Shown here: positions 57,111 to 58,503 of the stretch, piece by piece
Position numbering within the stretch: the stretch's first letter is position 1
How the letters are laid out: each line of letters opens with the position of its first letter
DNA from: Candidatus Omnitrophota bacterium
GTDB taxonomy: Bacteria > Omnitrophota > Gorgyraeia > Aquiviventales > Aquiviventaceae
Assembly: GCA_016190215.1 (NCBI GenBank)
Contig: JACPRA010000024.1
Coordinates: 1-58,503 of the forward strand
Direction: 5' to 3'
DNA length: 58,503 bases
Program-made: the position numbers and the translations under genes
Notes under the pieces: model-generated
What the model was told of the DNA's origin: nothing
Seen by the model: the letters and a program-made list of their open reading frames with translations, nothing else
The model's database searches: none

Positions 57111-58192
57111 GACGAATGCCCGTTCCGGCGATGGCGCAGCGGCTGGGCCAGCCGCTGCATCACCGCGTCCGCAATCTCGTCAATCGGCAGCACCTGGTCC
57201 ACTACGCCCAGCTCGATGGCGGCTTTGGGCATGCCGAACACCACGCAGGTGCGCTCATCCTGCGCGATCACCGCGCCGCCGGCCGCTTTGAGCTGCTTGA
57301 GGCCGTCCGCTCCGTCGCTGCCCATCCCGCTGAGGATGACGCCGATGGCCCGCTCCTGATAGGCCGATGCCGCCGACGCGAACAAGAGGGTGCCGGAGGG
57401 CTTCTGCCCTCCGCAGGGCGGCTCGTCCGTCAGCCGCATCAGCCCCTGGCCGACGACGCGCAAATGCGCGTCGGTGGGGGCCACGTACACGACACCCGGC
57501 TCCAGGCGCGCCCCGTGGGCCGCGATGCGGACGGGACGCTGCGCTTCCTCTTCCAGCCACTCCACGAGCCCGCGGGTAAACCCGGCGGAAATATGCTGCA
57601 CCACCACGACCGCGCACGGCAGCGCCTTCGGCAGCATTTTGAGCAGCGCCAGCACGGCTTGCGGGCCGCCGGTGGACGCCGCCACGGTGATGATGCGCTC
57701 CTCCGACACCGACGCGGGCAGCGGCAGCTCGGCCGGCAGGCGAGGCGGGCGCTCCAACCGCGCGAGCGGATGCGTGATGACATGCATCTGCGCCAAGCTG
57801 TTGATGCGGCGCAGCAGCTCGCCTCCGACGACGCCCGGGCGTCCCGACACTTCCAGCGGCTCGCGCTCCAGCACGTCCAGCGCGCCGTACCCCAGCGCCT
57901 GGCAGGCCCGCTCCGCGCCGCGGTTGACGGCGGCGGAGCTGACGATGAGGATCGGGGTGGGATGATAAGCCATGATCTGCTTGGTCGCCTCAAACCCGTC
58001 CATCCGCGGCATGTTGATGTCCATGATCACCAGGTCGGGATGGAGCTTCGGCACCAGGTCCACCGCCTCAACGCCGTCATGGGCCATGCCGACGACGGCC
58101 AGGTGCGGATCGGTGTTGACCACCTGGGCCAGGCACTCGCGCATGAACGGCGAGTCGTCCACAATGAGGATGCGCTTGAGCTGCGGGAGCAT
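57107..58192 (-). CDS. cheB: CheB methylesterase with REC domain
   Basis: REC plus AASTGGP, VQHIS, KPSG, ILSGMGSDGA, VFGMP. Confidence 0.93.
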   Translation of the reverse strand: MLPQLKRILIVDDSPFMRECLAQVVNTDPHLAVVGMAHDGVEAVDLVPKLHPDLVIMDINMPRMDGFEATKQIMAYHPTPILIVSSAAVNRGAERACQALGYGALDVLEREPLEVSGRPGVVGGELLRRINSLAQMHVITHPLARLERPPRLPAELPLPASVSEERIITVAASTGGPQAVLALLKMLPKALPCAVVVVQHISAGFTRGLVEWLEEEAQRPVRIAAHGARLEPGVVYVAPTDAHLRVVGQGLMRLTDEPPCGGQKPSGTLLFASAASAYQERAIGVILSGMGSDGADGLKQLKAAGGAVIAQDERTCVVFGMPKAAIELGVVDQVLPIDEIADAVMQRLAQPLRHRRNGHSS

Positions 58193-58198
58193 ACCTGA

Positions 58199-58228
58199 AG
58201 TATGCCCGGCTGCCCAAGATCACGTCAA
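58199..58228 (-). promoter_or_regulatory. Leaderless sigma70 promoter for cheB
   Basis: TTGACG, 18 nt, CATACT, 6 nt, ATG. Confidence 0.6.
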
Positions 58229-58315
58229 GAGAACCTCAATGTTTATACAGGAAACGTATTTTTACTCAATGGCGAGGGCAGGCGCGGCGAATATGCCTTG
58301 CCTGCCCGAGTTTGC

Positions 58316-58503
58316 TTAGGGGAGCAAGCGTTCGATGGCGTTCAGGAGGGCGCGCTGATCGAACGCGCCTTTGACGATGTAGGCCTGCGCGCCGACTTCG
58401 ATGCCGCGGCGTTTTTCCGACTCGCGATTCATCGAGGTGACGAAGATCACCGGCAGCTCGCGCAGCTCCGGCTTCTTCCGCAGCGCCTGGCAGAGCTCAA
58501 ACC
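58316..58503 (-). CDS. C-terminal receiver domain, probably of a hybrid CheA (partial)
   Basis: FELCQALRKKPELRELPVIFVTSMNRESEKRRGIEVGAQAYIVKGAFDQRALLNAIERLLP*; directly upstream of cheB/cheW. Confidence 0.75.
   Translation of the reverse strand, partial: FELCQALRKKPELRELPVIFVTSMNRESEKRRGIEVGAQAYIVKGAFDQRALLNAIERLLP

Overview
High-GC bacterial window in which every credible gene lies on the minus strand. The long plus-strand ORFs are antisense shadows. The lineage cannot be read from the sequence. In transcription order (right to left) it holds: (1) the end of a Che-type chemosensory cluster (CheA-REC tail, cheB, cheW, two REC-only proteins, CheR-TPR); (2) a type IV pilus/T2SS-like operon interrupted by a four-helix-bundle gene bounded by 29-bp heptamer-built inverted repeats; (3) a ~38-kb anaerobic-respiration island containing GTP-PEPCK, a Crp/Fnr regulator, a hemerythrin/Ric-like protein, an MtrA/MtrB-like porin-cytochrome pair joined to a Rieske/cytochrome b/nonaheme complex, ImcH-like and CbcL-like quinol oxidoreductases, system II cytochrome c maturation, nirK, a siroheme reductase, a cysteine desulfurase, feoB/DtxR, AhbC, a FabX-like/FabB/two B12-radical-SAM lipid module, an AhbD-like protein, NnrS and nrfHA (CxxCH-type); (4) a sulfate assimilation/uptake block (siroheme sulfite reductase, SulP, Rrf2, sbp-cysT-cysW). 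Best signals: five copies of a non-canonical TATGAY-N4-RTCAT palindrome, each about 20 nt upstream of a -10 box (class II, about -41.5), defining a local Crp/Fnr regulon; two paralogous unannotated ~65-aa 4-Cys proteins, one ahead of each nitrite-reductase module; a complete outer-membrane-to-quinone conduit with 36 heme-c motifs in one gene run; and heptamer inverted-repeat elements with and without cargo.
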